A stretch of DNA of 53,638 nt from Eubacteriales bacterium (GCA_045603925.1 JAZUNB010000086.1:1-53638); one strand, 5' to 3'; counted from the stretch's first letter, positions 8,166-15,695 are shown. Translations and numbers: made by a program. The notes: generated by a model not told the origin, from the sequence alone.

Positions 8166-8338
8166 AGTGATATTCTGTGCTTCGCACAGAGTGATATTTT
8201 CACTTCGTGAAAGTGATATTAAAACCTACGGTTTTAGTGATATTATATTCGCCTTTTAACTGCCCGAAGGGCAATATCACTCGGCGTTAGCCGAATATCA
8301 CTGCGAAGCAATATCACTCGCCGAAGGCGAATATAACT
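8166..8338. repeat. Mosaic array: 4 direct AGTGATATT followed by 4 inverted AATATCACT, every gap a different mini-hairpin
   Basis: AGTGATATT at 8166, 8190, 8212 and 8236. AATATCACT at 8273, 8294 and 8310, and AATATAACT at 8330. Gap hairpins: ctgtgc-ttc-gcacag, ttcac-ttc-gtgaa, aaaacc-tac-ggtttt, tgccc-gaa-gggca, cggc-gtta-gccg, gc-gaa-gc, cgcc-gaa-ggcg. Confidence 0.9.
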
Positions 8339-8340
8339 AA

Positions 8341-8373
8341 AAAACTCTTGTTCTTTCGAACAAGAGTTTTTTT
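8341..8373 (-). terminator. Intrinsic terminator of the lipoprotein gene
   Basis: aaaactcttgttc-tttc-gaacaagagtttt, flanked by A and T runs on both sides. Confidence 0.8.
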
Positions 8374-8433
8374 GGGAGTTTTGAACTTAATGACACGAAT
8401 AAAAAGCGCCTGAAAACCGAGGATTTTCTTTAT

Positions 8434-8994
8434 TTATTCGAATTTGTTTTCAATTGGCTCGCTAAATTCGAATCTTATAATTTTTATTCCAAAATATTTT
8501 CCAAGTTGCTCATAACTCAATTCTGTAAATTCAACCTTTGAAGTGTTATCAGATACTTTATAAGTTTCAGAATAATTTATATACGGATGCTTATCTTTGT
8601 AATTGGGGTCACCAAGATAATATCCACCGTGACCATAATATAGAATTACTCTTGATTCCGTATTGATTCTTCCTTTAACAAGCATAGATTCCGTATTGGG
8701 TTCAAACTCAATAAATAATCTTTTGGATTCATCGCCACTTTCTAAAGATGCATCCCAAGAACGTGAATATGGAAACCCAAATATCGCAAAATTATTTGAC
8801 ATATCATATCCGTCATAAGTACAAACTACTGTATCTTCGATTAAATATCTTTCACCATTCATTTCATATTCTAAAATAAATGGAAATTTGCCTTCTGTTA
8901 TTTTAGGTGCAGGCTCATATCTTTCCTTGCAACCAGAAAAACAAAATATCATTAAAACAACAATACCTATTGAAAGCAATTTCTTCATAATCAT
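8434..8994 (-). CDS. Hypothetical lipoprotein (AT-rich gene)
   Basis: Signal peptide with lipobox: MIMKKLLSIGIVVLMIFCFSGC. The mature part matches no family I recognise. The 225 aa ORF in the track over-extends into the upstream repeat array. The start could instead be 8988. Confidence 0.6.
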   Translation of the reverse strand: MIMKKLLSIGIVVLMIFCFSGCKERYEPAPKITEGKFPFILEYEMNGERYLIEDTVVCTYDGYDMSNNFAIFGFPYSRSWDASLESGDESKRLFIEFEPNTESMLVKGRINTESRVILYYGHGGYYLGDPNYKDKHPYINYSETYKVSDNTSKVEFTELSYEQLGKYFGIKIIRFEFSEPIENKFE

Positions 8995-9009
8995 CACCGC
9001 CTTGGATTT

Positions 9010-9018
9010 ATTATAGCA
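9010..9018 (-). promoter_or_regulatory. Extended -10 element for the lipoprotein gene
   Basis: The minus strand reads TGCTATAAT, 15 nt upstream of the ATG at 8994. The -35 is poor. Confidence 0.45.
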
Positions 9019-9033
9019 TAAAAACGGTAATTT

Positions 9034-9196
9034 GTATGTAATCCGCAACTTGTTGCGGAATGTAATCCACCGTAGGTGGTATGTAATCAATCCGAAGGAA
9101 GAAACATACAAAGCTCACGCTTTGATAACATACAGTTCGCAAGGCGAACTGACTACATACGCCTATCGGCGATTACATACCAATCCTTCGGATTGG
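9034..9196. repeat. Mosaic array: GTATGTAATC-type direct units followed by GATTACATAC-type inverted units with unique mini-hairpins
   Basis: ATGTAATC at 9036, 9060 and 9081. ACATAC at 9104, 9128, 9155 and 9175, with the full GATTACATAC at 9171-9180. Hairpins: cgcaac-tt-gttgcg, cacc-gtag-gtgg, tcc-gaa-gga, aagc-tcac-gctt, agttcgc-aag-gcgaact, gcc-tatc-ggc, ccaatcc-ttc-ggattgg. Confidence 0.85.
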
Positions 9197-9200
9197 ATAA

Positions 9201-9233
9201 AAAATAAGACAGTCTTCGGACTGTCTTATTTTT
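9201..9233 (-). terminator. Terminator of the tRNA operon (bidirectional shape)
   Basis: taagacagtc-ttcg-gactgtctta, flanked by AAAA and TTTTTT. Confidence 0.8.
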
Positions 9234-9308
9234 TGGAGGTGCCAATCGGATTTGAACCGATGAATAAAGGTTTTGCAGACCTTGGCCTTACCACTTGGCT
9301 ATGGCACC
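9234..9308 (-). tRNA. tRNA-Cys (GCA)
   Basis: The minus strand reads GGTGCCATAGCCAAGTGGTAAGGC...CTGCAAA...GGTTCAAATCC...TGGCACCTCCA. The cloverleaf was checked by hand and the CCA is encoded. Confidence 0.9.
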
Positions 9309-9313
9309 GTATG

Positions 9314-9346
9314 AGAAAAGGTATATGAGTTCCATATACCTTTTCT
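9314..9346 (-). other. Inter-tRNA stem-loop (possible processing signal)
   Basis: A 13-14 bp perfect stem, gaaaaggtatatg / catataccttttc, with a 5 nt loop, lying between tRNA-Phe and tRNA-Cys. Confidence 0.5.
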
Positions 9347-9353
9347 TTATGAA

Positions 9354-9429
9354 TGGTGCCTCCGGGCGGAATCGAACCACCGACACGGGGATTTTCAGTC
9401 CCCTGCTCTACCAACTGAGCTACAGAGGC
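9354..9429 (-). tRNA. tRNA-Phe (GAA)
   Basis: The minus strand reads GCCTCTGTAGCTCAGTTGGTAGAGC...ACTGAAAAT...GGTTCGATTCC...GGAGGCACCA. Confidence 0.9.
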
Positions 9430-9435
9430 AACAAG

Positions 9436-9512
9436 TGGCGACCCGGATGGGGCTCGAACCCACGACCTCTAGCGTGACAGGCTAGCGTTCTAACCAACTG
9501 AACTACCGGGCC
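9436..9512 (-). tRNA. tRNA-Asp (GTC)
   Basis: The minus strand reads GGCCCGGTAGTTCAGTTGGTTAGAAC, then anticodon stem CTAGC, loop CTGTCAC and stem GCTAG, then GGTTCGAGCCC...CCGGGTCGCCA. Confidence 0.9.
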
Positions 9513-9544
9513 ACATCGCCGCAATTCTTGTTGCAACGATAGAT

Positions 9545-9573
9545 ATTTTACAACATACTCTATTAAAAGTCAA
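9545..9573 (-). promoter_or_regulatory. Sigma-A promoter of the tRNA operon
   Basis: The minus strand reads TTGACT (9568-9573), a 17 nt spacer, then TAAAAT (9545-9550). Confidence 0.65.
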
Positions 9574-9596
9574 GTGTTTTTCTTGAAAAATATCAA

Positions 9597-10478
9597 TTAT
9601 TTTTTCAGCCCGCTGATCAAGAGATTTTCCATCTCTTTCGGAGTGAAGGAATATGCCTGATCGCAGAAGTTACAGCAGATCTCAACATCATTTCCTTCCC
9701 CAATGAGAGAGGCCAATTCTTTTCTTCCCAGGCTGAGCAGGATCTTCTCGGTTTTAGCTCTGGAGCAATTGCAATAATAAGCCGCATCCCATTCTTCGGT
9801 CACATGAAAGGGGATCTGATCCATTAATATGCTTGCGATGGCTTCATTAGAAGTGTGCTCAAACATTGCCGATACATTGGTAACCTTCTGCAGGTTTTCC
9901 TCCAGCCTGGAGATCACCTCATCATCGGCGCCGGGCAAAAGCTGTAAAAGAAAGCCGCCTGCCGATTTCACCGTATAATCCCGATCTACTAAAACACCAA
10001 GACCGCAAACGGTGGGCGTTTGCTCGCTGATGGCATAATAATTGGTAATATCCTCGGCGATCTCGCCGCTGACCAATTCGGTGCGGCTGACATAAGGCTC
10101 CCCTTCCCCGTTGTCTCTCAAAACGGTCAAGTAACCGTAGCCAAGCGCGCCGCTCACATCCAATTTACCGTTGGCCTTCAAGGGTAGATCCACCATTGAA
10201 ACGCCCGGATATCCCTTGACGCGCCCTTTTCGGTCAGCCGTTGCCAATAGAGTTTTCACCGGTCCGTCGCCCTCGATCTGAAGGGTCAAGAGATCGGAAT
10301 CGTTTTTCAGGGTCTTCCCCATCATGGCGGCTGCAGTCAGCAACCGACCCAATGCCGCAGTAACAACGGGGGCTGTTTTATGGAAATCAAAGGCTTGCTG
10401 CGCTAATTCCTTGGAATTCAAAAAATAGCCTCGCACCATACCGTTATCGGAAAGAATGGTCAAGCCGGGGTTCTTCAT
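9597..10478 (-). CDS. hslO: Redox-regulated chaperone Hsp33
   Basis: 293 aa with the C-terminal zinc centre CNCSRAK...CNFCDQAY. Confidence 0.85.
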   Translation of the reverse strand: MKNPGLTILSDNGMVRGYFLNSKELAQQAFDFHKTAPVVTAALGRLLTAAAMMGKTLKNDSDLLTLQIEGDGPVKTLLATADRKGRVKGYPGVSMVDLPLKANGKLDVSGALGYGYLTVLRDNGEGEPYVSRTELVSGEIAEDITNYYAISEQTPTVCGLGVLVDRDYTVKSAGGFLLQLLPGADDEVISRLEENLQKVTNVSAMFEHTSNEAIASILMDQIPFHVTEEWDAAYYCNCSRAKTEKILLSLGRKELASLIGEGNDVEICCNFCDQAYSFTPKEMENLLISGLKK

Positions 10479-11224
10479 TTGTTGCTCCTTTTTCTTGCAA
10501 TATAAGTAATCCTCTGGGTTTCAGCATTTGTTGCTTGATCCGAGTAGTCATCCAAAATCTCCAGCAATTCGAATCCGTACTGATTCAAAAGCGCTTCAAT
10601 TGTTGACGATGAGAAATAACGCTGCAACTGCTCTTCATCCCGCCGCCGGTAAGTATTACCATCCTTTTCAAAAAAGGTCAATTGATGGCTGCAAAACTGC
10701 CCGTCAAAGCCGCTTCGCCAGGACAAAAAGATCTCATCGTTATCATAGATCTCGCAATGATTATTCAGCAAAGTTTGATACTTATAATAAGAATTAATGT
10801 CAAAGATCAACAGACCTTCGGGATTCAAATAGTTTTGAAACCAATAAAACAGACGGTCCAGATCTTCCTCATTGGAAATATAATTTAATGTATCCAGGGT
10901 AGAAATGATTGCGTCAACAGTGCCGTAAAGCTCAAATTCCGGCAACTGCTGCAGCAACAGCAATACTCCATCTCCGTTTGTATGATCAGCGCGTTTATTC
11001 ATCGCCTCGGTCAGCATATCCATACTACCGTCGATCCCGATCATATCATAGCCTTTTTCGGAAAGACCAAAGGTTACCGTTCCGCTTCCGCATCCAACAT
11101 CGCAAACTAAAGATGCTTCGGGAAAATAGGCTTTGATCTTACGGTCGATAAAGGAGATGATCTTATCATAATCCGCGCCGACAAAGCGGTCATAGTATTG
11201 AGCTAATGCTTCAAAACCATTCAT
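10475..11224 (-). CDS. Class I SAM-dependent methyltransferase
   Basis: Motif I: VCDVGCGSGTVTFGL. Its stop overlaps the hslO start. Confidence 0.75.
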   Translation of the reverse strand: MNGFEALAQYYDRFVGADYDKIISFIDRKIKAYFPEASLVCDVGCGSGTVTFGLSEKGYDMIGIDGSMDMLTEAMNKRADHTNGDGVLLLLQQLPEFELYGTVDAIISTLDTLNYISNEEDLDRLFYWFQNYLNPEGLLIFDINSYYKYQTLLNNHCEIYDNDEIFLSWRSGFDGQFCSHQLTFFEKDGNTYRRRDEEQLQRYFSSSTIEALLNQYGFELLEILDDYSDQATNAETQRITYIARKRSNK

Positions 11225-11227
11225 GAT

Positions 11228-11515
11228 TTATTTGCCCATACGCTCAAAAACGCGATTATACCCGTCGGAACCGTAATTGAGACTACGCTTCACACGGCTG
11301 ATGGTAGCGGTAGATGCGCCGGTTTGATCCACAATATCCTGGTAAGATCTCCCCTGCGCCAAAAGATATGCCACCTCAAAGCGTTGAGACATCGCTTTAA
11401 ACTCCGCAATACTGCAAAGATCCTCAAAGAAATCATAGCATTCTTCTATATTTTTCAGATGAAGAATTGCTTCAAAAAGATGATCACTGCTCGCGTCCTT
11501 TAATTTCATATTCAT
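11228..11515 (-). CDS. YerC/YecD family TrpR-related DNA-binding protein
   Basis: 95 aa: LFEAILHLKNIEECYDFFEDLCSIAEFKAMSQRFEVA...GASTATISRVKRSL. Confidence 0.8.
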   Translation of the reverse strand: MNMKLKDASSDHLFEAILHLKNIEECYDFFEDLCSIAEFKAMSQRFEVAYLLAQGRSYQDIVDQTGASTATISRVKRSLNYGSDGYNRVFERMGK

Positions 11516-11536
11516 TGGTAGGTCTCCTTAAACACA

Positions 11537-11565
11537 TAATAGTAACATTTTAACATATTAAATTA
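11537..11565 (-). promoter_or_regulatory. Sigma-A promoter for the yerC-like/methyltransferase/hslO unit
   Basis: The minus strand reads TTGATT (11560-11565), a 17 nt spacer, then TGtTAAAAT (-10 at 11537-11542). Confidence 0.55.
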
Positions 11566-11585
11566 TAAAAATCAATGGTAAAAAT

Positions 11586-11613
11586 AAAAAGGCATCGTTA
11601 AAGATGCCTTTTT
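11586..11613 (-). terminator. Terminator after obg
   Basis: aaaaaggcatc-gttaaa-gatgccttttt. On the minus strand it is followed by ATTTTT. Confidence 0.8.
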
Positions 11614-11617
11614 GATA

Positions 11618-12886
11618 TTAGCGGATATAATCAAACTCCAGATCGCCGATCCGGACCGGATCGCCTTCCTGAATACCCATTTCTTCCAATTTATCGATAA
11701 TACCGTTGGTCTGAAGCACTCTTTGGAAGAAGTTCATGGATTCATAATCATCAAAACGAATGGTTTCCATGATCTTAAAGAGCCATTCACCCTCCACAAC
11801 ATACGTTCCGTTGTCTTTGATAACTGTAAAGGTTTTATCCTTTTCAGTTTGTACGGGTGTTTTAACATATTCACTCTCAAAAACCTTGGTTTTCGGCAGA
11901 GTATCAAGCAATTCCGCCACCTTGCCCAGCAAGGGGTCGAGGCCGTTTTTGGTTGCAGCAGAGATGCAAAAGACCGGATAGCCGAGTTTTTCAACATGCT
12001 TGATGAACTTTTCCTTGATCTCCTCATCATAAATCGCATCGCATTTATTTGCAACAACGATTTGCGGTAAGGAAGCTAAAACAGGAGAATAATTCTGCAG
12101 CTCATTATTAATGATCTCAAAATCTTCAATGGGATCTCTCCCCTCGGTACCTGCCACATCGATCACATGAAGCAGCATTCTGCAACGCTCCACATGGCGC
12201 AAAAAGGCGGTTCCGAGCCCTGCGCCATCGGCGGCGCCTTCAATGATGCCGGGAATATCGGCAACAACAAATCCGCCGCCAAAGCGATCAACTACACCGA
12301 GGTTCGGCGTCATAGTAGTAAAATGATAATTGGCGATCTTAGGTCTTGCAGAGGAAACCACCGATAAAAAGGTTGACTTCCCGACATTGGGAAAACCAAT
12401 CAAACCAACATCGGCAATAAGCTTCAATTCCAACTGAATGTGAAACTCTTCCCCGGGCTGACCGGGTTTTGCAAAACGGGGAATCTGGCGGGTAGGCGTT
12501 GCAAAATGCTGGTTTCCCCATCCCCCATTGCCGCCTTTGGCCGCAATAAAGGGCGTCTCATCCGAAAGATCCTTGATCAGAAGGCCGGTTTCGGCATCCT
12601 TGATCAGCGTTCCGACCGGAACCTTAATAACCAAAGGAGGCGCACCTGCGCCGGTACAGTTTTTGGTACCGCCGTCTTTGCCGTTTTCGGCAACATATTT
12701 TCTTTTATAACGGAAATCCATCAATGTGTTCAGGTTGCGGTCGGCTTGAAAGATAATATCTCCGCCTTTCCCGCCATCGCCACCGTCGGGACCGCCGGCG
12801 TTTACATACTTTTCCCGATGAAAAGCAACGGCACCGTCTCCGCCTTTACCGGCTTTGATCCAAATCTTAGCCACATCAACAAACAT
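11618..12886 (-). CDS. obg: GTPase ObgE/CgtA
   Basis: Glycine-rich Obg fold (KAGKGGDGAVAFHREKY, GGDGGKGGDI), G1 GFPNVGKST, and a C-terminal OCT-like domain. Confidence 0.95.
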   Translation of the reverse strand: MFVDVAKIWIKAGKGGDGAVAFHREKYVNAGGPDGGDGGKGGDIIFQADRNLNTLMDFRYKRKYVAENGKDGGTKNCTGAGAPPLVIKVPVGTLIKDAETGLLIKDLSDETPFIAAKGGNGGWGNQHFATPTRQIPRFAKPGQPGEEFHIQLELKLIADVGLIGFPNVGKSTFLSVVSSARPKIANYHFTTMTPNLGVVDRFGGGFVVADIPGIIEGAADGAGLGTAFLRHVERCRMLLHVIDVAGTEGRDPIEDFEIINNELQNYSPVLASLPQIVVANKCDAIYDEEIKEKFIKHVEKLGYPVFCISAATKNGLDPLLGKVAELLDTLPKTKVFESEYVKTPVQTEKDKTFTVIKDNGTYVVEGEWLFKIMETIRFDDYESMNFFQRVLQTNGIIDKLEEMGIQEGDPVRIGDLEFDYIR

Positions 12887-12913
12887 AATACTTCGCCTCC
12901 TGTCTTTTTACAT

Positions 12914-12944
12914 AAAAAAATCCCGGAAAAAGATCCGGGATTTT
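12914..12944 (-). terminator. Terminator or attenuator after rpmA
   Basis: aaaatcccgga-aaaaga-tccgggatttt, with a T-run on the minus strand. It lies between rpmA and obg. Confidence 0.7.
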
Positions 12945-12952
12945 CCAATAGC

Positions 12953-13231
12953 TTACTCTTCAGCGTAAACAGAAACTTTCTTTCTGTCGCGGCCAACACG
13001 CTCAAACTTGACTTTACCGTCAATCAAAGCAAAAAGAGTATCGTTAGAGCCACGACCGACATTGTTGCCGGGATGGATCTTGGTACCTCTCTGGGTAACC
13101 AGGACATTGCCGGCCAAAACAAACTGACCGTCAGCTCTCTTTACGCCCAGACGCTTGGATTCGGAATCTCTGCCGTTCTTGGTAGAGCCCATACCTTTTT
13201 TATGAGCAAAAAACTGAATATTAAACAACAT
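12953..13231 (-). CDS. rpmA: 50S ribosomal protein L27 with N-terminal propeptide
   Basis: [23 protein letters not shown]. This is the Firmicute-type extension that is removed by Prp. Confidence 0.95.
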   Translation of the reverse strand: MLFNIQFFAHKKGMGSTKNGRDSESKRLGVKRADGQFVLAGNVLVTQRGTKIHPGNNVGRGSNDTLFALIDGKVKFERVGRDRKKVSVYAEE

Positions 13232-13234
13232 TTG

Positions 13235-13555
13235 TTACACCTCCAATATTTCAAGGTTAAAATACATTGCATAATCCTTCGCAATGCTTTGTCCCAACTC
13301 CAAAAGGATCTCAATATGCTTGGAAAACGATTCATTGGGATCTTTACTGATGCAACGAACCAATGCCTGCTCCTCATCAACCTTAAGATCAATGGGAACC
13401 CGATCGATTTTCTCGGCGCAGTTTACGCAAAACTGAACAGCGGTTGAAATTGCCGCACAGACAATATCACTGCCTTCATCCGCATATCCGCTATGACCGA
13501 TGCATTCAAATCCGATAAAAAGCGTTTTCTTTCGATAGACCCGAAGGACTGTCAT
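13235..13555 (-). CDS. prp: Ribosomal-processing cysteine protease Prp
   Basis: 106 aa located between rplU and rpmA, with GHSGYADEGSDIVCAAIS (catalytic His/Cys context). Confidence 0.9.
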   Translation of the reverse strand: MTVLRVYRKKTLFIGFECIGHSGYADEGSDIVCAAISTAVQFCVNCAEKIDRVPIDLKVDEEQALVRCISKDPNESFSKHIEILLELGQSIAKDYAMYFNLEILEV

Positions 13556-13559
13556 ACAA

Positions 13560-13892
13560 TTAAGCTTCTTCCTTAGCAGCAGTGGGATTGATCGCAGAAA
13601 TCTGGATCTTGGTATAGGGCTGTCTGTGGCCCTGCTTTCTGCGGTAATTCTTCTTAGGCTTCATCTTATAAACGATGATCTTCTTTTCCTTACCGCTCTT
13701 GATGACGGTGGCTTCAACGGTAGCACCCTTCACATAGGGCTTGCCAACCTTCAGCTTCTTGCCTTCGCCAACGCTTACAACCTTGTCAAAGGTAACAACA
13801 CTGTCGTTTTCGGCGTCCAACTTTTCGATGAAAAGAGTATCGCCTTCCTGCACTTTGTATTGCTTACCGCCGGTCTCAATGATTGCGTACAT
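13560..13892 (-). CDS. rplU: 50S ribosomal protein L21
   Basis: [18 protein letters not shown] with a GAGGTG RBS. The upstream MRCFV extension in the ORF track is unlikely. Confidence 0.95.
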   Translation of the reverse strand: MYAIIETGGKQYKVQEGDTLFIEKLDAENDSVVTFDKVVSVGEGKKLKVGKPYVKGATVEATVIKSGKEKKIIVYKMKPKKNYRRKQGHRQPYTKIQISAINPTAAKEEA

Positions 13893-13968
13893 TACAAAGC
13901 ACCTCACTTTCTTATAGAAAACTCGCTACGGCAGGCAGGTTTCCCTTTCAGCCTGACATACGCGGCTA
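13893..13968 (-). promoter_or_regulatory. Candidate rplU 5' leader (L21-leader-like element)
   Basis: An approximately 75 nt leader lies between a consensus promoter and rplU. It has GC-rich pairing segments (CAGGC...GCCUG) followed by UUUUC. The structure was not resolved by eye. Confidence 0.35.
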
Positions 13969-13974
13969 ACGATG

Positions 13975-14003
13975 ATTATATCATAGGAATTTTGCAATGT
14001 CAA
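13975..14003 (-). promoter_or_regulatory. Consensus sigma-A promoter of the rplU-prp-rpmA operon
   Basis: The minus strand reads TTGACA (13998-14003), a 17 nt spacer, then TATAAT (13975-13980). Confidence 0.8.
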
Positions 14004-14006
14004 TAA

Positions 14007-15686
14007 TTATTTTTTATTATTTATAAGCATTTCTTCTGCGCTCTTCAAAAGGGCTTCGGTCAGCTCTTCTCCGCCCATAATACGGGCAACCTCGCGTACC
14101 CGCTCCGCTTGATCCAAAAGTCTTACAGAGGAGCAAACGCGCCCACCGCACTCTTCCTTGAGCACTTTATAATGACGGTCTGCCTTAGCAGCGATCTGCG
14201 CTAAATGGGTAATGCAAAAGACCTGCTGGGTCTCGGCGCTGGTCTGCAGTTTTTTGCCGATCTTCTCCGCGGTGCCGCCGGAAACGCCGGTATCAATCTC
14301 ATCATAGATCACAGCATCATAGCCTTGGTTCAAAACACTCTTCATAGAGAGCATAATCCGGGACAGCTCGCCGCCGGAGGCAATTTTGGCCATAGGACGA
14401 AGAGTTTCCCCTTTATTGGCGGAAATAAAAAACTCTACATCATCTTTTCCGTCTGCCCGATAGCGGATACCGCCGCGCTCATTCAAACGATCCAAGACCC
14501 GAACCTCAAAGGAAATGTTAGGCATATCCAGATATGCCAGTTCTTCCCGCAGGCGTTTTTCCATAGTTCTGGCGCTCTTTTTTCGCTCTGCCGTTAATTT
14601 CTCGGCGCAAGCATTCAAACGCTCTCTTGCGGCAATAAACGCCGCCTCCGCTTCCTTCAGCAGCTCCTCCCCATTTTCCAACGCCTGTAATTCGGCGCGA
14701 TAGGAGGCTTGAGCGTTTAAAACATCCTGATCGGCGGGCCCGAATTTCTTCTTGATACCTTCCAATTGATCCAAACGGGATTCGATCTCTTCCGGCTCCA
14801 TCTGCTCCCGCGCATAAGCATCAAAGAGCTTTCCCAACTCTGCGCCAAGATCGTCGAGATCCAGAGATACCTGCCGCAGACGCGATGCCAGAGCCTTTCC
14901 TTCCGGCAAAATCTTTTCAATAGAGATCAAGGCATCCAGCGCCTCTTTAGCCAAGCGCGCAGCCGGGAGCTCTCCGTCATATACAGCGGTAGCGGCGGTA
15001 TGCAACGCTTCGGTGATCTCACTGTTTGCAAGCATATTCTTTCGCTTATTCAGCAAATTTTCATGCTCGCCCGCCTTCAGATCGCAGGCATCCAGTTCTT
15101 CCAGCCAAGCGGTTAATTGCAGTAAGCGCTGTTCTTTTTCCGCCTCTTGTTTTTGAAGAGCCGCAAGTTTGGTCTGAGCGCTCTTAACTGCATCAAAAGC
15201 TTTCTTGTATTGCTCCTTTTGCGAAGTAAGTACAGCAAATTCATCAAGATAACCCAAATGCCGCTTACTGTCCAGCAGCAAAACACCGTCGTGCTGACCG
15301 TGAACACTGATCAAATGAGCACCAAGCTCCTTCAGCAACGAAACGGTAACGCTGATTCCATTGATACGAGCGGCATTCTTTCCGTCTGCGCCGATCTTTC
15401 GAAAAACGGTAAGGTTCCCCTCTTCATCGGGCGCAAGACCGTTCTCAGAAAGTATTTCTAAGGCTTCAGCCGATAGATCCGAAAAAGAGGCGCTCACAAT
15501 CCCCGCCTCCTCCCCGGAGCGGATCAGATCCTTTGACGCTTTATTTCCCAATAAGAGCATGATCGAATCGATGATGATGCTCTTACCCGCACCGGTCTCG
15601 CCGGTCAAGACATGAAATCCGTTGCCGAACTCCACATCCAATCGGTCGATGATGGCTATATTTTCAATATGCAATGCATTCAGCAT
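14007..15686 (-). CDS. recN: DNA repair protein RecN
   Basis: 559 aa with Walker A GETGAGKS, a long coiled coil, and C-terminal GGELSRIMLS and YDEIDTGVSG. Confidence 0.95.
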   Translation of the reverse strand: MLNALHIENIAIIDRLDVEFGNGFHVLTGETGAGKSIIIDSIMLLLGNKASKDLIRSGEEAGIVSASFSDLSAEALEILSENGLAPDEEGNLTVFRKIGADGKNAARINGISVTVSLLKELGAHLISVHGQHDGVLLLDSKRHLGYLDEFAVLTSQKEQYKKAFDAVKSAQTKLAALQKQEAEKEQRLLQLTAWLEELDACDLKAGEHENLLNKRKNMLANSEITEALHTAATAVYDGELPAARLAKEALDALISIEKILPEGKALASRLRQVSLDLDDLGAELGKLFDAYAREQMEPEEIESRLDQLEGIKKKFGPADQDVLNAQASYRAELQALENGEELLKEAEAAFIAARERLNACAEKLTAERKKSARTMEKRLREELAYLDMPNISFEVRVLDRLNERGGIRYRADGKDDVEFFISANKGETLRPMAKIASGGELSRIMLSMKSVLNQGYDAVIYDEIDTGVSGGTAEKIGKKLQTSAETQQVFCITHLAQIAAKADRHYKVLKEECGGRVCSSVRLLDQAERVREVARIMGGEELTEALLKSAEEMLINNKK

Positions 15687-15695
15687 CAGCTACAA

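Noticed and set aside
8166-9196. The mosaic arrays as CRISPR arrays
   Set aside because: The units are only 9-10 nt and the spacers 7-17 nt and self-complementary. The second half of each array is inverted. There are no cas genes in the window.
7437-9233. The islet as integron cassettes with attC sites
   Set aside because: There is no intI gene nearby. I could not find the R''/R' core sites (RYYYAAC / GTTRRRY) in the expected arrangement, and each gene carries its own promoter.
9318-9326. The 9-mer AAGGTATAT shared between the inter-tRNA hairpin and the array at 1-9
   Set aside because: A single 9-mer coincidence is expected by chance in about 107 kb of two-strand sequence.
9032-9477. ORFs at 9032-9328 (+), 9226-9414 (-) and 9295-9477 (+)
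   Set aside because: They run through the repeat array, a terminator and three tRNA genes, so they are spurious.
12440-13447. 335 aa plus-strand ORF
   Set aside because: It is antisense across obg, an intergenic terminator, rpmA and prp. A real gene would not span those features.
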